From Nannocystales bacterium (GTDB lineage: Bacteria > Myxococcota_A > Polyangia > Nannocystales > Nannocystaceae): DNA of 64,000 nucleotides. The translations under genes and the position numbers were made by a program. This document shows positions 1-9,239 of the stretch, piece by piece. The notes beneath the pieces were generated by a model. That model did not search any database. It was not told where the DNA came from and worked only from the letters and a program-made list of their open reading frames with translations. The stretch lies in NCBI GenBank assembly GCA_050633305.1, contig JBOEGF010000007.1, positions 286,428 to 350,427 on the forward strand, in the 5' to 3' direction. Position 1 is the first letter of the stretch. Each line of letters starts with the position of its first letter.

Positions 1-336
1 GGCGCTCGGATGGCGGAGATCGCTCGCCATCGTGCGAATGCTCAACGCTCCGGAAAACCGTCCCACGTCTCGCCCGATGGGGTGCTCGGGGCGTAAGCCG
101 CCTCAGGCAACACCGTTGAACCCTCCCAAGGTGGACTCCCTACCAAAACGCACTGCGGCGCGAAGCCATCCCGGACCCGGTGCGAGTAGCGGCATCCTTG
201 TGATATACGAGCGCAGCCCGAAAATTTGGGCCCCTGGGATGGTGTATCGAAGTTTTCGACACCGAAGGTCCTCATGCTCACTGCACCCCACGCACCTGAT
301 TTCAAGAGTGACCCCAGGCCCGAGAAGGAGCCCATC

Positions 337-3300
337 GTGAACCGCGCTCGTTCGCTCAAGACACTTTTCCTGACTCTGCCGTTGTCGGTCTGCGCCCCTG
401 TCGCTGGTCTCGCCGCGACCGGTGCCATCTTGCTCGCTCCCCAGTCCGCCCAAGCCGCTGAAAACGGCTCGATCAGCGGAGTGGTGACCAACGACAAGAC
501 CGGCGAGCGGATGGCCAACGCCATCGTGGTCCTTCAGTGCAACTGCCTCCAGGGCACGCGCGAGGCTACGACCAACTCCAACGGGCTGTACGCGTTCAAG
601 TCGCTGCCTCCAGGTACCTACACGATCCAGGTGCTCGCAGGCCAAGCCGACGTCTCGAAGGTCACGACCCTTCCGCGTGGCGCGAAGTTTCGCGCGAACT
701 TCAAGATCGACCCGAACAACGAGTTCAAGCGAACCATTCGGGTCAAGCCCGTCGCGGTCAAGCAGGACACGTCGGTCGGGCAGTCCATCTCGATGGACGA
801 GTTCCGCAACATCCCGGTTGGTGAGAGCGCGGGGCGAGACTTCACGCAGGTCGTCGAGGCTTCGGCGACTGCATCTCGGGACTCCGCTGGAATCTCGCTC
901 GCGGGTACGACTTCGGCCGAGTCCAAGTACACGGTCGAAGGCGCGAACGTGAACAACCCGAGCTTCGGTACGGTCGGTGCTTCGATCGTTCAGGAGTTCA
1001 TCGAAGAGGTCGACGTTCAGGAGTCGGGCTACGCGGCCGAGTTCGGTGGTGCAGCCGGTGGGCAGGTCTCCGCCCGTCGAATCTCGGGCACCAACAAAGT
1101 TCGTGGTGTTGCGCGCTTCACCTACACGCCTCGTCTGGCGCAGCCGCGGTTCATCCTCGCCACGGACAACGCCGTCCGGGCGGTTGAGGTTCCCGATTAC
1201 CTCCTGCAGGGTGTCGTCGCTGCCAGTGGTCCGATCATCAAGGACAAGTTGTTCTGGTCGGCAGCCATCTCGGCCACGGGCGGTCGCGCTTCGCTGATTC
1301 AGTCCTTCTATTCGCGCGTGGACAAGGACGGTTCCGGCGGCTACGAGGATTGCCCCTACACCAACGGCGACTTCGACTGCGTCGACGGTGGCGACTACAT
1401 CCAGACCGAGAAGTTCGCTGAGCAGCGGTTCCGGACTGGAAGCGTCGGCATCGGATACCAGATCGGTATCGACTGGGCGATCAACCCCAAGCACCGTATC
1501 CGGGCCACGGTCCGTGGCGGTCCGGGCTTCCAGCGTCGCTCCTATCGCCGGCCTGCGCTCAACCTCGACCCGTCCTCCTTCGGTACCGCGCAGAACGCTG
1601 ACCCGCTGGGCGGAGGCGCGAACACAGCCAACGGTGTCGTCAACGACCACTTCGGTTGGGACCGCGGCAACACCACCACCGTCAGCCTCGGCTACCTCGG
1701 CCGGGTCGCGGACGACAAGCTTGAGATCGATGCCGGTTTGGCGTTCTCGCAGTTCGTCGGCGAGGAAGCGTGGCGGCTCGACAACCCTGACTTCTACGAC
1801 CTGCCCGCGACGCAGCAGCAGGACAACCAGGGCGCCAACCTCTTCACCTTCCTCGACCAGGACAACGCACGCTCCTTGGTCGCCGGAGTCGAGGAAGCCT
1901 GTAACCGCACCGACCTCCCCGGGCTCGCCTGTCCGACGCGTCGCTGGCTTTCGGGCGGTATCGGCAACTACTCGTCCGACAAGTCTCGGCGGGTCGAGGG
2001 TCGCTTCGCGCTCACCCACTTCATCAGCACCAGGCGGGCTGGGTCTCACCAGATCAAGTACGGCGCCCAGGCTGAGTTCCTTCAGCGCGAGACGCTGAGC
2101 CGATACTCGGGTCGCAACGACTCCGACTTCTTCGACAACTGCGCGGCGGGCCAAACCGGAGGGGGCGAGTACTGCTACGACCCCGAGGACGGCTACATCA
2201 TCAACAACAGCTCGCGGGTCGACAACCACCGCTTCATCATCGTCGGCACGGACAACCCCGACAGCCGCCGTTCGGTGGGTTTCGGACGTGTCCGCAAGGA
2301 AGAGGGCGAGCTCCGAGCCATCGCGACCCCGCTTGGCGCGGGTATCCGCTCGGCGGCCTACAACGAGGTCACCACAACCACGAACTACGGGATGTTCCTG
2401 CAGGACAAGTGGGCGGTGCTCTCGAACCTGTTCATCAGCGCTGGTGTGCGTTGGGAGCTGCAGGACATGCGCGACATCAACGGTGACCGCGCGCTGTTCA
2501 TCAACGACAACGTTGGTCCTCGTGTCGGCGTGGTCTACGACTGGACGGACGAGGGCAAGAGCCGTCTGTTCGCCAGTTACGGATGGTTCTACCAGCCGCT
2601 TCCGCTGCAGCTGAACAGCCGCGTCTTCGGTGGTCTCGTCAACGTCACGCGGAGCTACCGCAACGCAGACTGCCTCGAGGGCTCCAGCGTCAACATCGAC
2701 GGCGAATCCCGGCTGAAGCTCCAAAGTGGCCAGCCCACGGAATACTGCGTCGACTTCAACGCGGGAACCACGCAGCTCACCGAAGGTGCTGTCGTTCCGA
2801 AGCTGCGTGGTCAGTACAACCAGCAGTTCCAGATGGGCTACGAGCAGGAGATCATCGAGGACCTCACGCTCGGTGTTCGCTGGCAGCACACCGACTTGGG
2901 CCGCGCCGTCGAGGACGTCTCCACCAACGGCGGTCTCAACTTCATCATCGCCAACCCCGGCGAGTCGGTCTCCACCTCCGACATCAACGCCGAGCAGGCT
3001 CGCTGCGACAACCTTTCCGGCCAGCTCGATAGCCTCGAGATGGACGCGCCGGAGCGCTCGCAGATCGCTCGGGAGCATCAGCGTTGCGAGTTCTTGGTCG
3101 ACGCCTACGGCAAGGTCGGCAGCACGTTCGACAAGCCGGTCCGAAACTTCGACGCGTTCACGTTCGAGTTGAAGAAGCGCTTCGCTCGCAACTGGTTGGT
3201 CATCGGCAGCTACACGTTCAGCCGCTTGGTCGGTAACTACGACGGCTTCGTCGACCCGATCTCGGGTGCGATCAACCTCGGTGCTTCGACGCAGTTCGAC

Positions 3301-3849
3301 ATCCCCGAGCTGGTCCGAAACAGCTTCGGCCCGCTGTCGTTCAACACGCCACACCGTTTCAAGGTCAACGGGTTCTACTCCTTCGACCTCCAGGAAGCTG
3401 GCCGCCTCACCCTGGGCACCTCCGCCAACTTCCGGTCGGGTTACCCGATCTCGCTTCGCGCAGACAACAACCGGTACCCGCAGCAGTTCGCCGTCTACGT
3501 ACTCCCTCGCGGCGCCGGTGGCCGCGTCGAGCCGACGTACAGCGTGAACCTGAGCGTCAACTACGCCTACCCGCTGCCCGGCGACCTCGAGATCGAGGTT
3601 GGCGCCCGGCTGTTCAACGTGACCAACGCAAAAGCGGTGCTTCGCGTTGACGAGGTCTACTCGTACTCGACCACACGACCGGTGGCGGGTGGCGAACTCT
3701 CGGACCTGAAGCACACCAAGATTCAGAACGCGAGCAACCCCACCGAGTTCTTCCAGCGGACGATCCTTCCTCCGCAGGGCAACTTCGGCACGGAGTCGAG
3801 CTTCCAGACTCCTCTGGCCGCTCAGTTCGACTTGCAGCTTCGCTTCTAG
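337..3849 (+). CDS. TonB-dependent outer membrane receptor (Oar-like) with N-terminal carboxypeptidase-regulatory-like domain, copy 1
   Basis: GTG at 337 follows AAGGAG (325-330). Signal peptide ends AQA-AENGSISGVV; TNSNGLYAFKSLPPGTYTI domain; plug motif GYAAEFGGAAGGQV; barrel motifs FLQDKW and GPRVGVVYD; C-terminal Phe (LQLRF). Confidence 0.9.
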   Translation: MNRARSLKTLFLTLPLSVCAPVAGLAATGAILLAPQSAQAAENGSISGVVTNDKTGERMANAIVVLQCNCLQGTREATTNSNGLYAFKSLPPGTYTIQVLAGQADVSKVTTLPRGAKFRANFKIDPNNEFKRTIRVKPVAVKQDTSVGQSISMDEFRNIPVGESAGRDFTQVVEASATASRDSAGISLAGTTSAESKYTVEGANVNNPSFGTVGASIVQEFIEEVDVQESGYAAEFGGAAGGQVSARRISGTNKVRGVARFTYTPRLAQPRFILATDNAVRAVEVPDYLLQGVVAASGPIIKDKLFWSAAISATGGRASLIQSFYSRVDKDGSGGYEDCPYTNGDFDCVDGGDYIQTEKFAEQRFRTGSVGIGYQIGIDWAINPKHRIRATVRGGPGFQRRSYRRPALNLDPSSFGTAQNADPLGGGANTANGVVNDHFGWDRGNTTTVSLGYLGRVADDKLEIDAGLAFSQFVGEEAWRLDNPDFYDLPATQQQDNQGANLFTFLDQDNARSLVAGVEEACNRTDLPGLACPTRRWLSGGIGNYSSDKSRRVEGRFALTHFISTRRAGSHQIKYGAQAEFLQRETLSRYSGRNDSDFFDNCAAGQTGGGEYCYDPEDGYIINNSSRVDNHRFIIVGTDNPDSRRSVGFGRVRKEEGELRAIATPLGAGIRSAAYNEVTTTTNYGMFLQDKWAVLSNLFISAGVRWELQDMRDINGDRALFINDNVGPRVGVVYDWTDEGKSRLFASYGWFYQPLPLQLNSRVFGGLVNVTRSYRNADCLEGSSVNIDGESRLKLQSGQPTEYCVDFNAGTTQLTEGAVVPKLRGQYNQQFQMGYEQEIIEDLTLGVRWQHTDLGRAVEDVSTNGGLNFIIANPGESVSTSDINAEQARCDNLSGQLDSLEMDAPERSQIAREHQRCEFLVDAYGKVGSTFDKPVRNFDAFTFELKKRFARNWLVIGSYTFSRLVGNYDGFVDPISGAINLGASTQFDIPELVRNSFGPLSFNTPHRFKVNGFYSFDLQEAGRLTLGTSANFRSGYPISLRADNNRYPQQFAVYVLPRGAGGRVEPTYSVNLSVNYAYPLPGDLEIEVGARLFNVTNAKAVLRVDEVYSYSTTRPVAGGELSDLKHTKIQNASNPTEFFQRTILPPQGNFGTESSFQTPLAAQFDLQLRF

Positions 3850-3855
3850 TCGACC

Positions 3856-3906
3856 GGGATCCTCGCGGATCCCATCACAAAGCGCCCGCCTCGAGCGGGC
3901 GTTTTG
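3856..3906 (+). terminator. Two hairpins after receptor copy 1; the second is a likely Rho-independent terminator
   Basis: GGGATCC-tcgc-GGATCCC (3856-3873), then CAAAGCGCCCGC-ctcga-GCGGGCGTTTTG (3878-3906). Confidence 0.7.
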
Positions 3907-4082
3907 CTTGGTTCTCCACGAGCCTGAGGGCGCGCGACGGGTGTCCTTTACGGTCATCTGCCTCCCCGCGGGCTGTCGGTCGAGGCCGGCTCGGGGGCGG
4001 GGGCCAGGGACGGACTCGCGTAAGGGGCGATTTGCGCCGGCGTTGGGCTCTCAAGGTGCCCTCATTCTTTCGCCGTCGGTCC

Positions 4083-7000
4083 GTGTGTTTGCCCTCTGTC
4101 GGGCGCAGCCGTAGTGTCTCTCGTCGTCGCTCGCTGGAGGCAGTGATGCTGACGGTCCCGCTGTCGGTTGTTGCAACCCTCGCCACCGGAGCGCTCCTGC
4201 TTGCGCCGCGTTCGGTAGAGGCCGCGGACACGGGGTCGGTGACCGGGGTGGTCTCGCAGGAGAGTGACGGCACGGCGATCCCGAACGCGCTCGTCATCTT
4301 GCAGTGCAACTGTCTGCAGGGGCCCAGGGAGACGACGACCAACACGAACGGCCTGTACGCGTTCAAGTCGTTGCCTCCCGGCACGTACACGATTCAAGTG
4401 TTGGCGGGGCAAGCCAACGTGTCCAAGGTGACCGCGCTTCCGCGAGGCGCGAAGTTTCGCGCGAACTTCAAGATCGACCCCAACGACGACCTCATTCGGA
4501 CCGTCACCATCAAGCCGGTGATCAAACCTGCGTCGAGCACGGTGACCACGAGCCTGTCGGTGGAAGACTTCAGGAACATCCCGGTCGGGGATGGTGCAGG
4601 TGGTCGCGACTTCACCGAGGTTGTGGGTGCGTCGGCAAACGTGACGAAGGAAGCGGGCGGACTGTCGATCGCGGGCGCCACCCCGGCGGAGTCCAAGTAC
4701 ATGGTCGAAGGGGCGAACGTCACCGACCCGAGCTTCGGTACCGTGGGCGCCTCGATCGTCCAAGAGTTCATCGAGTCGGTGGAGGTCCAGGAATCGGGGT
4801 ACGAGGCCGAGTACGGCGGCGCAGCCGGTGGTCAGGTCGAGGCTCGCCGGGTTTCGGGCACCAACAAGGTCCGGGGCGTTGCGCGGTTTACCTACACGCC
4901 ACGGTTGGCGCAGCCTCGTTTCATCCTTGCGACCGACAACGCCGTGCGGGCGGTGGAGGTCCCCGACTATCTGTTGCAGGGCGTCGTCGTCGCCAGTGGT
5001 CCCATCATCGAGGACCAGCTGTTCTGGTCGGCGGCCGTATCAGGGACCGGGGGACGAGCCTCGCTGATTCAGTCGTTCTACTCGCGTGTCGACAAGGACA
5101 ACTCGGGCGGATTCGAAGACTGCCCCTACAAGAACGGGGACTTCGACTGTGTCGAGGGTGGGGACTACATTGCGACGAAGAAGTTCGCCGAGCAGAGGTT
5201 CAAGACCGGGAATGTGAGCGTGGGCTACCAGCTTGGCATCGACTGGGCCGTGAACCCCAAGCACCGCCTGCGACTGACGGTCCTGGGTGGCCCGAGCTTC
5301 CAGCGCCGGTCGTATCGGCGTCCTGCACTCAACCTCGACCCTTCGTCTTTTGGGACCGCGCAGAGCTCCGACCCACTGGGCGGAGGGGCGAACACCGCGA
5401 ACGGTGTCGTCAACAAGCACTTCGGCTGGGACCGAGGGAACTTCACGACTGTCAGCCTGGGCTATCTCGGACGTGTTGCAGACGACAAGCTCGAGATCGA
5501 TGCGGGGTTCAGTTTTTCGCAGTTCGCCAACGAGGACGCTTGGCGACTGGACTATCCCGAGTACTACGACCAGCCCGCGACCCAGGAGCAAGACAACCAG
5601 GGGGCGAGCCTGTTTCAGTTCGTCCAGAACGACCGCTCGCTCGTTCCCGGAGTGGAGGACGTTTGCAACAAGCGCGAGCTTCCAGGCATGGCGTGTCCGA
5701 CCCGCCGCTGGCTCTCAGGCGGAATCGGGAACTACTCGTCCGACAAGGCTCGGCGGGTCGAGGCTCGCCTGGGCCTGACGCACTTCATCAGCACGCGTCG
5801 GGCGGGCTCGCACCAGGTGAAGTACGGAGCGCAGATCGAGTACCTCGAGCGCGAGACGCTGAGCCGGTACTCAGGAAGCAACGACAGCGATTTTTTCGAC
5901 AACTGTGCGCCCGGGCAGCGCGGTGGAGGAGAGTACTGCTACGACTCCGAGCAGGGATACGTCATCAACAACCTCAGCCGCGTCGACAACCACCGCTTCA
6001 TCCAGGTGAACACCGACAACCCCGACAACCGGATCTCCTTCGGCTTCGGCCGGGTCCGAAAAGAGGAGGGGCAGCTTCGAGCCATTGCGACGCCACTGGG
6101 GGCGGGTATTCGTGCGGCGGCGTATGGCGCGACCACATCCACCACGAACTCTGGGGTCTTCCTCCAAGACAAGTGGGCGGTACTTTCGAACCTCTTCATC
6201 ACCGCGGGCGTTCGCTGGGAGACCCAGGACATGCGGGACATCAACGGAGATCGCGCCGTGTTCATCAACGACAACGTCGCGCCGCGGGTGGGGGTGGTCT
6301 ACGACTGGACGGACGAGGGCAAGAGCCGGCTGTACGCCAGCTACGGGTGGTTTTATCAGCCCCTTCCGCTACAGCTGAACAGCCGGGTCTTCGGTGGGCT
6401 CGTCAACGTGACTCGCTCCTATCGCAATGCGGACTGTCTCGAAGGGGCGCCCGCCACGACGACAAGAGCGAATGGCGAGCCCGCACTCAAGCTGCGGAAC
6501 GGGCAGCCGACGGAGTTCTGTGCCGATTTCAACGTCGGAACCACCCAGCTCACCGAAGGTGCCGTCGTACCGAAGCTGCGTGGTCAGTACAACCAGCAGT
6601 TTCAGATGGGATACGAGCAAGAGGTCATCGAAGATCTCACGCTCGGTGTTCGCTGGCAGCACACCGACCTGGGACGAGCGGTGGAGGACATTTCAACCAA
6701 CGGTGGCCTCAACTTCATCATCGCCAACCCGGGCGAAGCGGTCGCGCAATCCGACATCAACGCCGAACAGGCGCGATGCGACAACCTCGACGCTCAGGTG
6801 CAGGCCCTGGAGGTGGATGACCCCGAGCGCGCACAGGTCTCCCGAGAACTGCAGCGATGCGGGTTCCTGGTCGACGCCTACGGCAAGGTCGGAAGTGACT
6901 TCGACAAGCCGGTTCGGAACTACGACGCCTTCACATTCGAGGTGAAGAAACGGTTCTCTCGCAACTGGATGGTCATCGGGAGCTACAGCTTCAGCCGTTT

Positions 7001-7622
7001 GGTGGGGAACTACGACGGCTTCGTCGATCCGATCTCCGGAGCGATCAACATCGGGGCCTCGACACAGTTCGACATCCCTGAGCTCGTGCGAAACAGCTTT
7101 GGGCCGTTGTCGAACAACTCGCCGCACCGCTTCAAGGTCAACGGGTACTACTCCTTCGACCTTCAGGACGCAGGGAGGCTCACTCTGGGGACGTCCACCA
7201 ACTTCCGTTCGGGCTACCCGATCTCGTTGCGGGCGGACAACAACCGCTACCCTGGCCAGTACGCGGTCTACGTGCTCCCTCGCGGTGCGGGCGGCCGTGT
7301 TCAGCCGACGTACAGCGTGAACACGAGCATCAACTACGCGTACCCGATCTCGAAGAGCCTCGAGATCGAGGTGGGGGCGCGGCTGTTCAACGTGACCAAC
7401 GCGAAGTCAGTCTTGCGGGTCGACGAGGTCTACTCGTTCTCGAACACCCGCCCGGTGGCGGGTGGTGAGCTCTCCGACCTCAAACACACCAAGGTCCAGA
7501 ACGCGAGCAACCCCACGGAGTTCTTCCAACGTACAGTCCTCCCACCGCAGGGGAACTTCGGGGTGGAGGCGAGCTTCCAGACGCCCTTGGCCGCGCAGTT
7601 CGATCTCCAGCTTCGCTTCTAG
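4083..7622 (+). CDS. TonB-dependent outer membrane receptor (Oar-like), copy 2 (tandem paralogue)
   Basis: Colinear and highly similar to 337..3849 over its full length, with the same C-terminus SFQTPLAAQFDLQLRF. Start is uncertain (TTG 4032, GTG 4083 or ATG 4146). Confidence 0.88.
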   Translation: MCLPSVGRSRSVSRRRSLEAVMLTVPLSVVATLATGALLLAPRSVEAADTGSVTGVVSQESDGTAIPNALVILQCNCLQGPRETTTNTNGLYAFKSLPPGTYTIQVLAGQANVSKVTALPRGAKFRANFKIDPNDDLIRTVTIKPVIKPASSTVTTSLSVEDFRNIPVGDGAGGRDFTEVVGASANVTKEAGGLSIAGATPAESKYMVEGANVTDPSFGTVGASIVQEFIESVEVQESGYEAEYGGAAGGQVEARRVSGTNKVRGVARFTYTPRLAQPRFILATDNAVRAVEVPDYLLQGVVVASGPIIEDQLFWSAAVSGTGGRASLIQSFYSRVDKDNSGGFEDCPYKNGDFDCVEGGDYIATKKFAEQRFKTGNVSVGYQLGIDWAVNPKHRLRLTVLGGPSFQRRSYRRPALNLDPSSFGTAQSSDPLGGGANTANGVVNKHFGWDRGNFTTVSLGYLGRVADDKLEIDAGFSFSQFANEDAWRLDYPEYYDQPATQEQDNQGASLFQFVQNDRSLVPGVEDVCNKRELPGMACPTRRWLSGGIGNYSSDKARRVEARLGLTHFISTRRAGSHQVKYGAQIEYLERETLSRYSGSNDSDFFDNCAPGQRGGGEYCYDSEQGYVINNLSRVDNHRFIQVNTDNPDNRISFGFGRVRKEEGQLRAIATPLGAGIRAAAYGATTSTTNSGVFLQDKWAVLSNLFITAGVRWETQDMRDINGDRAVFINDNVAPRVGVVYDWTDEGKSRLYASYGWFYQPLPLQLNSRVFGGLVNVTRSYRNADCLEGAPATTTRANGEPALKLRNGQPTEFCADFNVGTTQLTEGAVVPKLRGQYNQQFQMGYEQEVIEDLTLGVRWQHTDLGRAVEDISTNGGLNFIIANPGEAVAQSDINAEQARCDNLDAQVQALEVDDPERAQVSRELQRCGFLVDAYGKVGSDFDKPVRNYDAFTFEVKKRFSRNWMVIGSYSFSRLVGNYDGFVDPISGAINIGASTQFDIPELVRNSFGPLSNNSPHRFKVNGYYSFDLQDAGRLTLGTSTNFRSGYPISLRADNNRYPGQYAVYVLPRGAGGRVQPTYSVNTSINYAYPISKSLEIEVGARLFNVTNAKSVLRVDEVYSFSNTRPVAGGELSDLKHTKVQNASNPTEFFQRTVLPPQGNFGVEASFQTPLAAQFDLQLRF

Positions 7623-7688
7623 GCCAGGGGGCGGCTCATGACGATCAGGCCCAGGCCCGCGAGGCGCCGTTTCGGGGTTGTCCGATGC

Positions 7689-9146
7689 CTAGTCCTCTCC
7701 GAGGAACTTCTTGGCCTTCGCGTTCTCGGGGTCGAGGGTCAAGACCTTGCGGTAGTGGGTCTCGGCCGTGCTCTTGTTGCCCTGCGCGGACTCGAGGCGC
7801 GCAGCGAGCAGCAGCGCGGTCTTGTTGTTGGGGGACTTGCGGAGGACCCGGTCGACCAGAGCCAGCGCCGAGGCGGCGCGTCCCAGCTTGTCTTGGGCCT
7901 GAGCCATGCACAGCGTTACGCGAGCGCCCCCAGGCTTGATGTCGTGGGCCTTTTTGAGGACGTTGAAGCCCGCGCCGGGGTCACCCGATCGGACGAGCTT
8001 GCAGCCCTCTGCGAGGAGCGCGTCAAAGCCGGCTTTGGGCTTGGCCTTGCCGGGCTTGGGCTTGGCCTTGCTGGGCTTGGTCTTGTTGGGCTTGGGCTTG
8101 TTGGGCTTGGGCTCGGCCGCGGTGTCGGGCTTCGGGGGCGCCTTCTTCGGGCTGGCTGGGGGAGCGGGCTTCGTGGCGGGCTCGAGGGTTGGCTCCCGCG
8201 TTGGCTCGGGGGTCGGCTCTGGCTTGGCCGGGCTCTCGCCGGCGCCCGCTGTTGACTCGGCGGATGGGTTCGCGGGGCCGTCCGCTGGAGGCGGGCTCGC
8301 CACGTCGGGCCCACCGACCGCCGCGCCCCGCAGGCTAGGAGGTGCGGCCTGGATGACCAAGGCCAGGGGCTGACCCGGCGTTTGCGAGAGAACGGCTTGC
8401 GCCTGGGACTCGGCACCCGGGGGGTCTCCACCTTGCTCGAGGGCCATCGCGAGCAACAGCCGGCTGAGTGCGGTCGGTGGAGTCTCACGCTCGAGTTCTG
8501 CGGTGAGACCGGTCAGTTCTCCCTCGGCGAGTTCGGCATCGCTGAACAACGGCCGACTCAGCGCCGCGAGCCGGAGCTCACGATCCGGGTAGTCGGGCAA
8601 GAGGACGACCGGGTGGATCAGGGTGATATCGCGACCTTCAGCCAGGTCGAGCCGGGCTTCGATGCGCCCGACGGATGCGGGCGAGACTCCTTCGCTCGTC
8701 AGCGTGTCGGTCAGTGTGCGTCCATTGATCAGCGCCGCCGCGAGCTCGGCTTTGGCGGCTGCGGGTTCGTTGGAGCGGTATGCTCGAATGGAGGCTTCCA
8801 GCGCCCGGACGGACAGCGCGGTGGCTCGGGCCAGGCGAAGGTCGTTTCCAAGGTCGGCCTGTGTCGTGCGGGCAGCGGCGGTCTGGAGTTCACGGTCCAG
8901 GGACGCCAGCTTCGCGACGTCCAGGGCGTCGGCCGCGGAGCCTACCTGCGCGACGAGCTGTTCAGGAGCCGTGGGCGCCTGGGTCTGCTCCGCCGCCGCG
9001 GCCGGTGCCCGGTCGCGTGCCACCATGCGTTGCTGGGCTTGGTACGAGCCGTACGCAACGATCGCAGCGATGCCGAGACCGCCGGCGATCCAAACCGCAA
9101 ATCGACCCGTTTGAGGATCGGGAGCTCCTTCGGTATTCGTCGTCAT
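7689..9146 (-). CDS. Membrane-anchored tetratricopeptide repeat protein with Pro/Lys-rich linker
   Basis: N-terminal TM helix FAVWIAGGLGIAAIVAYG; PEPT and KP low-complexity linker; C-terminal TPRs (AETHYRKVLTLDPENAKAK). Start taken at ATG 9146. Confidence 0.75.
   Translation of the reverse strand: MTTNTEGAPDPQTGRFAVWIAGGLGIAAIVAYGSYQAQQRMVARDRAPAAAAEQTQAPTAPEQLVAQVGSAADALDVAKLASLDRELQTAAARTTQADLGNDLRLARATALSVRALEASIRAYRSNEPAAAKAELAAALINGRTLTDTLTSEGVSPASVGRIEARLDLAEGRDITLIHPVVLLPDYPDRELRLAALSRPLFSDAELAEGELTGLTAELERETPPTALSRLLLAMALEQGGDPPGAESQAQAVLSQTPGQPLALVIQAAPPSLRGAAVGGPDVASPPPADGPANPSAESTAGAGESPAKPEPTPEPTREPTLEPATKPAPPASPKKAPPKPDTAAEPKPNKPKPNKTKPSKAKPKPGKAKPKAGFDALLAEGCKLVRSGDPGAGFNVLKKAHDIKPGGARVTLCMAQAQDKLGRAASALALVDRVLRKSPNNKTALLLAARLESAQGNKSTAETHYRKVLTLDPENAKAKKFLGED
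8031..8230 (-). repeat. Coding low-complexity repeats (KPNKPKPNKTKPSKAKPKPGKAKPK and PEPTPEPTREPTLEP)
   Basis: Tandem GGGCTT/GGCTTG-type units are visible in the + strand sequence. Confidence 0.7.
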
Positions 9147-9239
9147 TAGGCCGAGCGCGCGTCCCGCAGGAGTTTTGCAGGTCGCGGTAGCGCGCGCAAC
9201 TACAGTACGCACGCCGAGCTCTCAGGGATCTGCGTCCGC

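Noticed and set aside
1..30. Possible start of a minus-strand gene (ATG at 30) running off the window
   Set aside because: Too little sequence is present to support a call.
103..3957. 1284-aa antisense ORF over receptor copy 1, and the 838-aa alternative-frame ORF 4304..6820
   Set aside because: These are shadow ORFs expected from high-GC codon bias. They have no recognisable motifs and fully overlap well-supported genes.
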